The translations under genes were made by a program, and so were the position numbers. The notes beneath the pieces are model-generated. The model did not search any database and was not told where the DNA came from. It saw only the letters and a program-made list of their open reading frames with translations. Of a stretch of 64,000 nt of DNA, positions 38,468 through 51,605 are shown piece after piece; the stretch's first letter is position 1, and every line of letters begins with the position of its first letter. The stretch is taken from assembly GCF_032062105.1 (NCBI RefSeq), contig NW_026932470.1, positions 186,001 through 250,000 on the forward strand, written 5' to 3'. This DNA is from Saccostrea cucullata (taxonomy: Eukaryota).

Positions 38468-38827
38468 TATTATATCTTTCTATGCAAAATATCAGATCAT
38501 CTTTTTTACCAAAAACGATAAACTTCAGCTCCGCCCATCTATTCAAATTCCGATCCCGACTTTTAAAATTTAGTTTCTTCAAATAGAATTGTTTTTCATT
38601 CTATCTATTTTATAGAACAGATATTCATAAGATATCTACATAATACTTAACTTCGGTAGAATAAACAAATTTGTCGTTCACATGTCAACGTTTTGTTTTT
38701 CATTGATTTTGGGTTCGTTGTTCACTTTATTAAAACCCCATTTTGCGGGAAAATGGAAAATTAGATGTTATGATTGTGTTGCTGTGGATGGTATGCAGAG
38801 TAGTTTTATGGCAATGAAAAGGGAGTG
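38468..38827. promoter_or_regulatory. Bidirectional promoter shared by FYVE-ARM and FAAP24
   Basis: Divergent ATGs 360 bp apart; E2F consensus GCGGGAAA at 38745-38752. Confidence 0.65.
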
Positions 38828-41800
38828 ATGGATAACGACTTAGATCTTTCCTCTCTTGTGGAAAAAACTCGTAACATAAATGTACCTATTGGTCACATAA
38901 TTGCTTCTCAGAAATGGAGGAATTCAGAACTGCATTACAGTTTACAGAGTAAGAAAATAAATCAACTTTCACACGAAATGCAGAATTTCTCTGAAGTCAG
39001 ACCACAATATTATGATTCTTCATGCCATTTTGAGAGATTTCTGTTTTCTCTTAGAGGGGCGGGGTGTGTAGGTGGGGTGGGGGTAGTTAACCATGAAAAC
39101 TCCAGGGTTCAAGATTTATGTATTTGAATGAAAACTTCATATAAATATACATCAGATCCAGTACAATCACTAGATTTTGCTACATAGCTAGAATTACCCA
39201 TGTAGCTTTACTTACCTACCCTTTTAAGCATTGGTATGGACTAAAAATCTTTTAATTGGTACTATATTGACTGAATGATATGATTTTGTAGGTAATGTAC
39301 AGGTCCTGTTTGAGGATGATCTTGGAGTTGTAGACTTTTTTCCCTCCAGTAGACTTGGTGTGGTCTACCTCACAGAACCGGACTTAGTGGCATTCTCAGG
39401 CCAAAAGAAGAAGTTAGCTAAGCTAAGAAAGGTTAGAAATCACATGCAAAACAGCAAGAATCCTAAGGTCTCTAATCACCCCTTTTAGAGACTCTATGAA
39501 CAAGTAATAGTCCATGTTTAAATGACTCAGTATATCCTGCTTTAAAAAATAACGGTGCTTTTGAGTAACATATTAGTTCATTGGAATTTCTTAAGGTCAA
39601 GAAATTATTAAAGCCTGGAAATTATTAGGTCGAAATATTTATAGTTTGTAGTATAAAAATTGGCAAGATTTTACATACATGGAGTTCATTTGCATCTTTT
39701 GGATACATTCAACAATTTGATTTTTTTCATCAGTAATTAAAAGAATAACTTGTTTTTGGAATATTTAGAATCCAGTTGTCATCCTGCAAAGATGAATTAA
39801 TACTTGTATTGAGAACTTCTGTTATTTCTATGAAATAAAGATGATGACCCTAAGCTACTCTGATACATACTATTATGATTTAAGGCTGACCGTGTTCAGG
39901 CGGTGGTCCTTGCTGAGAAGACCCCCACCAGCGGTCAGTATTACCCAGAGGTCCAGAAGTTCTGTCTCATGGATCTAGGCTTCTCCGTCATACCAGTACC
40001 AACTCAAAAAGAGGCAGCCTCAATACTATCACAAATGGTTAGTCCAAATTTCTACAAAATAGTAAATAGTAGGGATGTCAAAATATTAATTTTCCGTAGT
40101 CGAACATTCGATTGCATTATTCGAACGATGGTCGACTATTCGGAGAATTTTTAAAGCAGCGTGTTTTTGAAATCTTTTTAAGATAAACTGGAAAATTGAA
40201 ATAAATTGGAAATGGGGAATTGAAAACACCCACTATCCACACCTCCGATGAAATTGTTAAATACTGTTTGTTCCATAAATGCAAATGTTCCTAAGCATTT
40301 GAAATTGAAATCATAGAGTTATAAATATGATTGGTACAAGTCAATTAAATAAATTTCATAGTCCAGTATAGCGTTGCATAATTTACTACGTACAATAACA
40401 AAAAAGTAAGTGATTGAGAAATAATTATCGCGGTATATAATTACTGTATTTTCCATATGTACAATGAGGAAAATTATTTATGTACTGTGACTGTGTTTGA
40501 GCTTTTATTCTTCTGAGGAAGTATACGATACAGCTCTATAGTTTGAGGAAGGACCCTTTTTCAATTTTGAGATAAGAATTTCATTATCACCCCTTTTTTC
40601 CTGCATTTATTTAATATTCGAATGTTGTTTCATTATTCGATCGTCTGTCCATTCGACTGACAGTCGAATAGTCGACTATTCGTTGACATCCCTAGTAAAT
40701 AGGGATTTAGGTTACCTAGTGTTCTGTTGTCATTGGTAAAACTTGGCCCCATAACTTTTTTAATGTAGAAAGATACATTAACTTTATCATGTTCATTTAA
40801 AAACTTCATGACCAAATTTAATTAAGCAAACCCACCTTAAAGCATCCTTACTTAAAAGGGATTCACATAATTTATTTAAATAAATGTACAAGCCTCTTCA
40901 CAAGAGAAGACAATCAGGGGATAAGACTGGTATATTCATTTAGAAATTTCCCTTAGCATCTTCTCACAGGTGTTTGAATTCATGCAAAAAACAAGAATCT
41001 TTTAACTGTATAAATTTCTTGAGGTCTTGGACTTAGTGAAAGTGCTTGATATGTTTAAAATTTACCAGTATTTCCAGAGATACTTTCCTCGTTTGTAGAA
41101 CTTTCTTTTTCAAGAACAGCAGGGCTACAAGCAAGGGTAGATCAAGTCTGTTCAATTAACTAATCTAGAGCAAAGAGTAACAGAATTGTGAAATTTTGCT
41201 TGAAATTCTTATAGCCATAGCAAGCACCGTCATGTGTATTTATGTTTATTCAAATTTGGCTCCAGAGTAGAGATGGTCCACAACAATGTTTTAACTTCAC
41301 AATATCCAAAAAAAAAATCCTCAAATATCCTGCAAGATCAGCAATGCCATAGACTGTTGCATTGATAAAAAAAATAATCATGTTGTAAAATTATTGTTAA
41401 GATATTTCTTAAGACCAAAAAATGCTCATTCAAGTAGGATACTCAACACATGTGACAGGGTACATGGACTTATCATTGTACTAAAACCAACATAACATTG
41501 TTTTTCTTTTCTTTTCTTTTTAGCTCACCTCAACGAAGTTGGGGGGAGCTTATGTGATACCCTCGGCGTCGGCGTCCCGGGTTAAGGTTAAGTTTTTTGG
41601 AGCAGTTTTCTTTTTAAGTACTTCTATGTCCTATATTGATTAGACATGCATGGAAGATGTTTCTAATGTGTTTCATTGTAGCAGTCAAAGTTTCAGATGC
41701 TGCAATTTCAGCAAAGGAATGACCAGGTTAATGTTTTTGGTGCAGGTTAACATTTTTGGTGCAGTTTTTGGTGTAGGTCTCATATCCAAGTAACTATAAG

Positions 41801-43381
41801 CCCTATGTTGACCAAACTTACACGGATGGTACATCTTAGGATGCATACTACCAGACTTGCTTCAGATGCTGAATCTGACCTACATTTTCCGGTTGAGTGA
41901 ACAGGTTAAAGTTTTTGGTGCAGATTTCATTTCGAAGATACTAGGAGCCCTATAATGACCAAACTTGCATGGATGGTACATCTAAGGGTGCATTCTACTA
42001 GGCTGGCTTCAGAAGCTGAATCTGACCTACATTTTCCGGATTAGTGAAAAGGTTAGTTTTTTATACAGGTTTCATTTCCAAGTAACTTTGAGCTCTACAT
42101 TGAACAAACTTGCATGGATGATACATCTTAGGATGCACACTAATGGACTTGCTTCAGATGCTGAATTCGACATACATTTTCCAGATAATAGACCTCGTAA
42201 AAGTTATGGGTGCAGGTCTATCACCAAGAAACTATAAGGCTTATATAAACCAAAGTTGCACAAATGATGCATCAAGGGATAAAAACTCTCAATCTTGCTT
42301 CAGATGCTGGATTTTAATTACATTTTCATGATGAAGAACTAGTTTTAAGTTTTTATATAGGTCTATTCCAAAGTATCAAAATTGCATAAATTTTGCTTTT
42401 TTGGATGTACACTTTTTGTTGGTTAATTGTGTGACTTAATTTGCCTTACTTAAAGACAACATTCATTGAGGTGAGCTCTGTAATCTCTGATTACTTATGT
42501 TTTTTTATGGAGGAAATTTTTTTTAATAGCTAGCATGCATAATTTTAAGCATGTGTATGCCAGTCAGGAGTTCCTTATTGGTAGCTTTCATTGTTTTCTA
42601 GGTGGTCAGTGAGAGCCACACAAATACCAATCCATTTCTGAGGAGGAAGATCTATCCTTTAGATGAAGCCTTACTGGCCACTGTCAAATGTATTCCAGGC
42701 CTTGGGGGCGTCAAAGCTCGGGCTCTGCTGGAGGGATTGGGAAGTAAGAGATTATGTTTCAAGACTTAAATGTGAATTTTGAAGTAGTTGGTGCTGATGT
42801 TGCATGTCCTCAAATCTTGTACATTGATATTCAGTATTGAACATGTGTAGAAACACTCACTGTACAGTACAATTGAGTGTAATATGTCACAGGTGAGCCT
42901 TGTGGTACATGGCCTATTTAGCACCTGTCATTTTTTGATAGACCGTGTTCATACATAACATTTATAATGTTAAAGAAAGTAAGGGCATCTATATATATAA
43001 GACATATATATGAACCGGAGGAGAAATTGTCAAATAATTAGAGCTGTAAGTGTTTATAATAATCTCATATTAAAGTTCTTTTTATAGAAGCATAACAATA
43101 TAAATTCTGATTTGATTTAATTGCCTATAACCTTCAAATTTTTCACCAACATACATGTGTCATTAGTGAGGTGTGCAGCTGAACCATTTATTCCCATGAG
43201 TGACATAAAGTTGTTGCACTTAACAAAGTAAAAGTTTCCTGCATAACCTTGCAGGTGTTGATAGAGCATGCTTTAACTGCATGTTATTTCATATTGTGTA
43301 GTCTTTGAATTTAGCTCAGTTGATCCTTCTTTATTTCTAGGTATTGAAAACATATGCAGTGCCTCAGATCAGGTAAACATC

Positions 43382-43442
<61 letters not shown>

Positions 43443-43499
43443 CTGTCGTTGTCGTTGTTGTTGTCGTCGTCGTAAACTTTTCGCATTTTCATCTTCTTC

Positions 43500-43586
<87 letters not shown>

Positions 43587-44975
43587 TGCCCTTTTCTAAG
43601 GGGAGATAATCATGAATTTGTTAAAAATTAATGGCATTTTTAAAAAATCTTCTTCTCCAGAACCGCTGGGTCAGGAAAGATGAAACTCATGTGGAAGCAT
43701 CCTCAGTTAGTGTAGATTCAAGTTTGTTCAAATCGTGAACCCAGGGGCAAGGGTGGGGTCAAAATGGCCGACCTAAGTTTTACATAGGAATATATAGGAA
43801 AAATCTTTAAAAATCTTCTTCTCCAGTACCACTGGGCCAGGAAAGATAAAATCATGTGGAATCAGCCTCAGGTAGTGTAGATTCAAGTTTATTCAAATCA
43901 TGACCCCCGGGGTAAGGGTGGGGCCAAAATGGCCGACCCAAGTTTTACATAGGAATATATAGGAAAAATCTTTAAAAATCTTCTTCTCCAGAACCACTGG
44001 CCAAAGAAAGATGAAACTCATGTGGAATCATCCTCAGGTAGTGTAGATTTAAGTTTGTCCAAATCATGACCCCCGGGGCAAGGGTGGGGCCAAAATGGCC
44101 GACCCAAGTTTAACATAGGAATATATAGGAAAAATCTTTAAAAATCATCTTCTCCAGAACCACTGGGCCAGGAAAGATGAAACTCATGTGGAATCATCCT
44201 CAGGTAGTGTAGATTCAAGTTTGTTCAAATAATGACCCCCGGGGCAAAGGTGGGGCCAAAATGGCCGACCCAAGTTTTACTTAGGAATATATAGGAAAAA
44301 TCTTTAAAAATCCTCTTCTCCAGAACCACTGGGCCAGGAAAGATGAAACTCATGTGGAATCATCCTCAGGTAGTGTAGATTCAAGTTTGTTCAAATCATG
44401 ACCCCCGGGGGTAGGGTGGGGCCAAAATGGCCGACCCAAGTTTAACATAGGAATATATAGGAAAAATCTTTAAAAATCATCTTCTCCAGAACCACTGGGC
44501 CAGGAAAGATGAAACTCATTTGGAATCATCCTCAGGTAGTGTAGATTCAAGTTTGTTCAAATAATGACCCCCGGGGCAAAGGTGGGGCCGAAATGGCCGA
44601 CCCAAGTTTTACTTAGGAATATATAGGAAAAATCTTTTAAAATCTTCTTCTCCAGAACCACTGGGCCAGGAAAGATGAAACTCATGTGGAATCATCCTCA
44701 GGTAGTGTAGATTCAAATTTGTTCAAATCATGACCCCCGGGGCTAGGGTGGGGCCAAAATGGCCGACCCAAGTTTTACATAGGGATACATAGGGAAACCT
44801 TTTAAAATCTTCTTTTCAAGTACTTCAAAGCTATGATTAGTGATATTTATATGGAATCATCCTCAGGTAGTGTAGATTCTAGTTTGTTCAAATGATGAAC
44901 GCCTGGAGGGGGGGGGGGTGGAGTAAATTCAAGCCTGATGTGCTCAGGTGAGCGCTGTGGCCCCTGGGCCTCTTG

Positions 44976-45007
<32 letters not shown>

Positions 45008-45053
45008 GTTTCTGATCAAAATTTGTCCGTCGTCTGTCGTTGTCGTCGTTGTT

Positions 45054-45098
<45 letters not shown>

Positions 45099-45147
45099 AA
45101 GAACCACTGGGCCGATTTCAACCAAACTTGCTACAAAGTATCCTTGA

Positions 45148-45208
<61 letters not shown>

Positions 45209-47787
45209 ATGAATTAGAGAAAAATTAATGGCATTTTTAAAAAATCTTCTACTCAAGAACCATTGGGCCAGGAAAGATGAAACTCATGTGGAATCATCCT
45301 CAGGTAGTGTAGATTCAAGTTTGTTCAAATCATGACCCCCGGGGGTAGGGTGGGGCCAAAATGGCCGATAAAAGTTTAACATAGGAATATATAGGAAAAA
45401 TCTTCTTCTTAAGAACCACAGGGCCAGGAAAGATGAAACTCATGTGGAATCATCTTCAGGTAGTGTAGATTCAAATTTGTTCAAATCATGACCCCCGGGG
45501 GTAGGGTGGAGCCAAAATGGCCGATAAAAATTTAACATAGGAATATATAGGAAAAATCTTTAAAAATCTTCTTCTCAAGAACCACAGGGCCAGGAAAGAT
45601 GAAACTCATGTGGAATCATCCTCAGGTAGTGTAGATTCAAGTTTGTTCAAATCATGACCCCCGGGGGAAGGTTGGGGCCAAAATGGCCGATCAGTATTTT
45701 ACATAGGAATATATAGGAAAAAATCTTTAAAAATATTCTTCTCAAGAACCACAGGGCCAGGAAAGATGAAACTCATGTGGAATCATCCTCAGGTAGTGTA
45801 GATTCAAGTTTGTTCAAATCATGACCCCCGGGGGAAGGTTGGGTCCAAAATGGCTGATCAGTATTTTACATAGGAATATATAGGAAAAATCTTTAAAAAT
45901 CTTCTTCTCAAGAACCACAGGGCCAGGAAAGATGAAACTCATGTGGAATCATCCTTAGGTAGTGTAGATTCAAGTTTGTTCAAATCATGACCCCCGGGTG
46001 TAGGGTGGGGCCACAATGGCAGATCAAAGTTTTACATAGGAATATATTGGACAAATCTTCCTCTCAGGAACCATTGAGACAATATGAAAGATGAAACTCT
46101 TGTGGAATCATCCTCAGGTAGTGTAGATTCAAGTTTGTTCAAATCATGACCCCTGGGGGTAGGGTGGGGCCTAATGGCCGATCAAAGTTTTACATAGGAA
46201 TATATAGGGAAACCTTTTAAAATCTTCTTTTCAAGTACTTCAAAGCCATGCTTAGTGATATTTATAGGGAATCATCCTCAGGTAGTGTAGATTCTAGTTT
46301 GTTCAAATCATGACCCCTGGGGGTTAAAATTCAAACCCCCTCCCCCCCCCCCCCCCCCCCCCCCCCCACCCTTTCAGTAAACTTTCAGTTCTGATCTCAA
46401 ATGTGCTTTTTCCTATCCAATTGCTCAGGTGAGCGATGTGGCCCCCTGGGCCTCTTGTTATTTTTATTTTAGTTCATTTAATAAACGGTAAACAAATTGC
46501 CCCACTTTAACTTGAACTTTGAAATATCTTTTTTAACCTTTTAGAAGATCAGTCACAGTAAAGAGAGAGAGAAAATTTTATTTTAAATTTACAACAAATT
46601 CCAAAGACAACGTTTATGAAAGAGTTATCTCTCTTATTTAAATATTGTACTTTAACATAATGAAAATGCATGTACAGTGATAGCAATCCCTTTTGCACTG
46701 AGATAATTTGAACTTAAATTAGGATACCTTGGTTTACTCAGTTGACCAATATGCTATGTGTTTTTATTAATCATTGTGTGTCATCCATCAGGTTTTAATA
46801 TTTTATACATTTTCAGCTTCTTCTCTGGATCCACTGCACCATTTTCAACCATATAGCATCTATGGGTGAAGGGGAGTTAAAATTATTGAAATATGCCCAC
46901 AAACTCTGGAGCTTGAGGGATGGGGCTAAAACCATTCAAATTAATGCAATCCTTAAAAATCTTATTTACTTCTGGACATGAAGCAGTCAAACTGTTGGCA
47001 CGATTGTAATAAGCATTAAGCCCTCTACCAAAATTGGGTGAGAGGTACTGGGGTTAGGGTGGGGTTCTGTTGATTACAAAGTAAAACATGCATTAATTTT
47101 TTTGAAAAATCTCTTTTCTGGGAATTAAGTCGATGAACGAAGTTTATGATTCTGACAAGGAAGGATGCCTCTTCGAAATTGTAAATTTTATGGCCCCTGG
47201 TCAGTGTTCTGGTGTTAGGATGGAATTGTATTGATACATAATGAAAATGCATTCATTCTTTGGAAGTGCTCCTCTGTATAAAACAATAAACTAAGTACAT
47301 GTTTATGATGACCAATGGTTTCTAGTCCAGAATTATGAAATATGTAGCCCCTGGGTCAGGTTTTACATGATTTTACATGTACAGTATATCAAAAATGCTA
47401 AATGATTTGAATATCTTCTCCCTTGCTCTTTGGTATTAAGAAACAAAATAAATGTGTAGTTATGATATGCAAAAACCATCTGAGAATCAGGGGTTCCTGT
47501 GGGGTGAGGGCTCTACTGATTAGATAGTGAAAATTCATTAATTCTTTGATAATCCTTTGCTCTGCTTTTGGATATTAACTAAATAAGCTAGGCATAAAGT
47601 TATGATGAGCAAAGATGTCTCTTTCAAAATTGTGAATTTCATAGCCTCTGGCTTAAAATGAGAACCCATTTCAACTGTGAAAAAGTTGTTACTTGATAAA
47701 TGATTACATTTTCTTTTGTAGGAACTCTCCGTGATAATAGGCAAAGCTGGTGCTGAAAATGTCAAGAAATTTCTGAACAAGAGCTGA
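38828..47787 (+). CDS. FAAP24: Fanconi anemia core complex-associated protein 24 (217 aa)
   Basis: Exons 38828-38948 (VPIGHIIASQKWRNS), 39292-39431 (LFEDDLG..VYLTEPDLVA), 39885-40037 (EKT..QYYPEVQKFCLMDLG), 42602-42743 (NPFL..IPGLGGVKA, HhH), 43341-43372, 47722-47787. Total 654 nt in frame; closely matches the FAAP24 sequence as I recall it. Confidence 0.92.
40070..40694. mobile_element. hAT MITE with 8-bp TSD
   Basis: GTAAATAG-tagggatgtcaa ... ttgacatcccta-GTAAATAG; TCGA-rich subtermini. Confidence 0.92.
41520..42501 (+). mobile_element. HINE/Helentron-like element with internal ~130-bp repeats
   Basis: ttagctcacctc start and gaggtgagct end (subterminal inverted repeats), ggcgtc microsatellite, and repeated ccaaacttgcatggatggtacatct units. 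Confidence 0.8.
43385..44977 (+). mobile_element. HINE carrying a 166-bp Cg170-like satellite array, copy A
   Basis: ttagctcacctgagccgaaggctcaagtgagc start, (gtc/gtt) microsatellite, 166-bp period (ggaaagatg at 44171, 44337, 44503, 44669), end ctcaggtgagc..ggcccctgggcctcttgtt. Confidence 0.9.
44976..46459 (+). mobile_element. HINE carrying a 166-bp satellite array, copy B, head-to-tail with copy A
   Basis: Same termini; junction cctcttgTTagctcacctgag. Confidence 0.9.
46720..47690 (+). mobile_element. Decayed HINE-related sequence
   Basis: Degenerate aaattgtaaatttcatggcccctgg-type repeats and aaatcttct motifs. Confidence 0.45.
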
Positions 47788-47811
47788 TGATCTCCTTTTT
47801 CTGCTTTATTG

Positions 47812-48283
47812 GTTAACTGAGCCAGCGAGTTTTTCTGATAAAAGTGTGTCCAGCATCTGTTGTGTGTTGTCTTTCACATTTTAAACTTCTAAAAAACACA
47901 GGACTGATTTTTTTCTATTTTATCTTTTCAAAAAAAAAAAATCCCTGGTGAAGGAAACGTTAAATTTATTCAAGTAATGACCCCCTCTCCACCCCTTGGT
48001 GTGGGTTAGCACATTTTTATATAGGAATTTATAGGGAAAATCTTTAAAAAATTGTCTACTCAAAAACAGAAATCTATAATTAGTCATATTAATAAATACT
48101 GAAGCATCATCAGGTAGTTAAGATTCAAGTTTATTTATAATCATTACCCCATAGAGATAATATTGGGTCAGGATAGGAGATCAAATTTTTACATTAGAAT
48201 ATTGACAGAGGGGGGAAAATGTTGATGAAGAACAGTAGGGCTATAGTGACTCAGGTCAGTCCTGTGGTCCATGGGTCTGTTGT
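47812..48283 (+). mobile_element. Decayed Cg170-type HINE
   Basis: One degenerate unit (agggaaaatctttaaaa..catcaggtag..agattcaagttt) and end ctcaggtcag..gtggtccatgggtctgttgt. Confidence 0.55.
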
Positions 48284-48294
48284 ATAATTTTACA

Positions 48295-48990
48295 CACTTA
48301 TATGAAGAAAAACCAACTGCATATTTCTGGGAGGTCAACATTACCACTACATATCCAAAAATTTCAACACATTACCACTACATTTTTTCAAAATTCTGAC
48401 CGATCATTACCGCTTCATTTTTTTTTTGGCCAAAAACAACTCATTACTGCTAGCGCTAGATATCGAATCAGCCAGGTATGGTACACATGTACAGAATATG
48501 AGTTCCAGTCAACAGAATTCACTCTCTATGAGTGAAGTACAATTTTGATTTGATTTCTTATCAGAATGAGTATATACATTTCTTTAGTTGGAATGTAATT
48601 ATTTAATGACACTTGAACATTATGTTTACTATTAAAAAGTTTGTAACAAATCGCGGGAATGCCGGATTACTTTACAATACAGCAGTACGACAGTGTGAAG
48701 ACTGTGTGTTTTATCTACAAAGAGTGCTTGATTTTAGAATTTTTAAAGTGTTTTATTAAATAAAATAGATTTTAATAAAAAAAGTTTTAATAATATAAAA
48801 CATCCTGCTCAAGTCCTTCTTTCACCTCCATCATAAGTAGTTGGCTTACGAAAGAAGCAATGTAGCGGTAATGTATACTTTTATATATAGTGGTAAAGTA
48901 ACGTTTTTGTAGCGGTAATGACTATGTAGCAGTAATGAAAATTTCAGTGGATTAAAATGTTGCGGTTTTAAAAATACGCATTTCACACGT
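48295..48990. mobile_element. Probable DNA transposon relic with inverted subterminal repeats
   Basis: Left cattacc(a/g)ct motifs mirrored by right gtagcggtaatg motifs; termini not resolved. Confidence 0.5.
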
Positions 48991-49763
48991 TAAAAGTCAC
49001 AATCAGGCAAATGTAATATGAATTCTGACTTATAATTATGATAATTATATATTTAATGATTAAATCAAATAATTTATATACAACTGTAAATAATGTTCAA
49101 TTTATGCATGCTCAGAAACTGGTTTGATTGTTAAAATCACCAAGGTTTTTGCTAAAAACTATTTTTAATTAACTTATATTTTTTCTTAGATTTAATTAGA
49201 AGAAATGTATTAGTGTGTCAAAACTAATGTTTTTCCTCTTTTGAAATCATAGGATGTTACTAGCCAAATCATTTCAAATTTAATGATCATTACTTTTTCT
49301 GTCAAAGAAAATGGATTTTTCTACCAATTTAAAAATACTGCTGTTGATGTTATGTCATATTGTCTATTCGACCTATCTCCTTAAAATACAATTTTCAAAA
49401 AAATCAAAGGAAAATTTGGAAGCCAGACTTGTATCAAATGATTTCAAATATAAACATGTTAGTTAAAGCCTCATTAAAATTTAATTAAATCAGAGAAAAT
49501 GATTTGTCCTTTTTGTTGTATCCAGGAATCTCGAGGTAGATTTTAAGGTTTAGAGATAAGAGATGTGTCAAATTACAAACACATTATAATGGAATTAGAA
49601 TTTTCTTGAAGCCATTTGCAAAAATTAGCATCTGACATACATATTCAAATTATGCTGAAGTACATGTAACCCTTTGAGACACCAAGAACATAGTGGATAT
49701 ACTGGTACATATCTCTCTTATTAATCCATCATCTTATGATATCCCTCTGTATGGACAAATATA

Positions 49764-49943
49764 TACTGTTGAAATTTGGTATCTCAAACACCCATACCTC
49801 AAATAAAATGGGTATGTCAAAGTGATATTTGAGTCCAGACCACTTCTTCTTTGAGTATTATACCCTCGATATCTTGATACCTTGGATATCTCTTAAGTTT
49901 TTTCTTGATCCCACAGAGTCTGAGATATTGAAGTTTGACTGTA
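49764..49943. mobile_element. Degenerate TA-target MITE
   Basis: tactgttgaaatttggtatctc ... gagatattgaagtttgactgta; related fragment at about 1143-1230. Confidence 0.55.
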
Positions 49944-51605
49944 TGTATTTGCTAAAGATACAAGCCATCCTACTAGTTTGGGCAAGTGGGTAAACCCTTC
50001 AGCTCAACTGGTCAAGCACTGAATTGTCATGCAAGAAGTACTACCAGGGTTCAAATCCATCTGGAGACACAAACCTGTCTCTATTATTTTAATCTTCCTC
50101 AGATGTGGCTTAATATTTAAACAACTCATTCATTGCTTGTTTTCTTTATTTTATCATTTCAACACAGTAAATAATCATTACACATGATCAACATAATGAT
50201 CATAACAAATATTGATATACGTGATAACATACTTATTTGCTCATCTTTAAGTTAACCTGAGCGTCCGGGGAAAATTCTAAGACACGGTCTACATACACAC
50301 ACACAAACACACCAGGCCTTATCACTCCCAGCTCTCTCGCTCAGAGTGACCTGTACCACTCACTAACAGTATAGAAATCTAACAAGTCAGTAGACCATTC
50401 TTATTTACAAGTTACATTAACCAATACATTCTATTTATACAGTAATAGACATCAGTTGATGATTTCAAGACTATAATATTATTTGGTATTCTTGCCTTCT
50501 CCTTTGGTCATATGGATGCTCATTAATATTTGTTCACCATTAGATTCTATAAATACCTGACTAATATAAAGACTATGTCTGTAAATAGTCATGACCTTGA
50601 GAGACAAACTGAGTAAGGTGAAAGGTCATGACCTCTAAAACTGATAAGGAGCGATGTGGAGATACAAATTAAGGCGAGACACACTCAAACAAAAAAATTC
50701 CTCTACATATGAGGGTGAGGAAAATTCTGAACCCCTATATCAAAGTCTGTCCTATTTTTGACAATAAATATTGAATATGTATTGAAGTGAAACTATCAGC
50801 AAACTTAATTTTTGACAGCAGTTAATAAATAACACCTATTACAACGACATTCCTAGAACAAAAGTGTTAATTCATCTTGAGCACTTTCTGATCGCAGTTT
50901 TCCAAATACATATAATATATATATCATATATATACTATTTCATTCAAATAAATATTTCTGTATATATTTTCACTGAAAGCATTCACAATATGATAACAAT
51001 GTTATTGCTAAAAAAAAAAGTCAATAAACTGATTATAAAACAGTACTGACTGATAAAATGTTAAAAGTAGATTTCTACAAATTTCGGCATAAACTGTACA
51101 ATAAATATCTAAAATGGTGTACATTATATCAAACTAATAAAAATTTGTGTTTTCACATTGCACTGTCATAACATTATTTCAATAAATTAATAATGCAACA
51201 TTTGTCTGTTTTCAATATCTCATTGATAAATTACAGTGTTGAGGTAATGACTATGTACATGTAAAAAGTTAACAACTAAAAGTACAGTAACAACATGCAT
51301 CAGTCAGAGTCCAAATAACACAGGATATACAATCAATGAAGCCAGCATATTTATAAGAAGGGTTTTCATCTTAAAACAGCTGATCTTAGCAGACATCACA
51401 TGTCAGACTAAATGACTAAATTATAAATGACTGGGTTATGTCCCCTTGTTCCATTTAGTGTAAGAGCATGTGACACCTCATGGATATGACTGTTGTGCAG
51501 TAGAACACAGGCCATGATATGGTGTCGAATGCTGGGGGCAGGTGCTCCGGGGAGAGAATGACCATTGTCATGTCATTTGGCAACACTAACTACATTGGAC
51601 TTAAT

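Noticed and set aside
43354-45151. SSPEPKAQVS..CRCRCC ORFs
   Set aside because: Translations of the HINE 5' end and its microsatellite.
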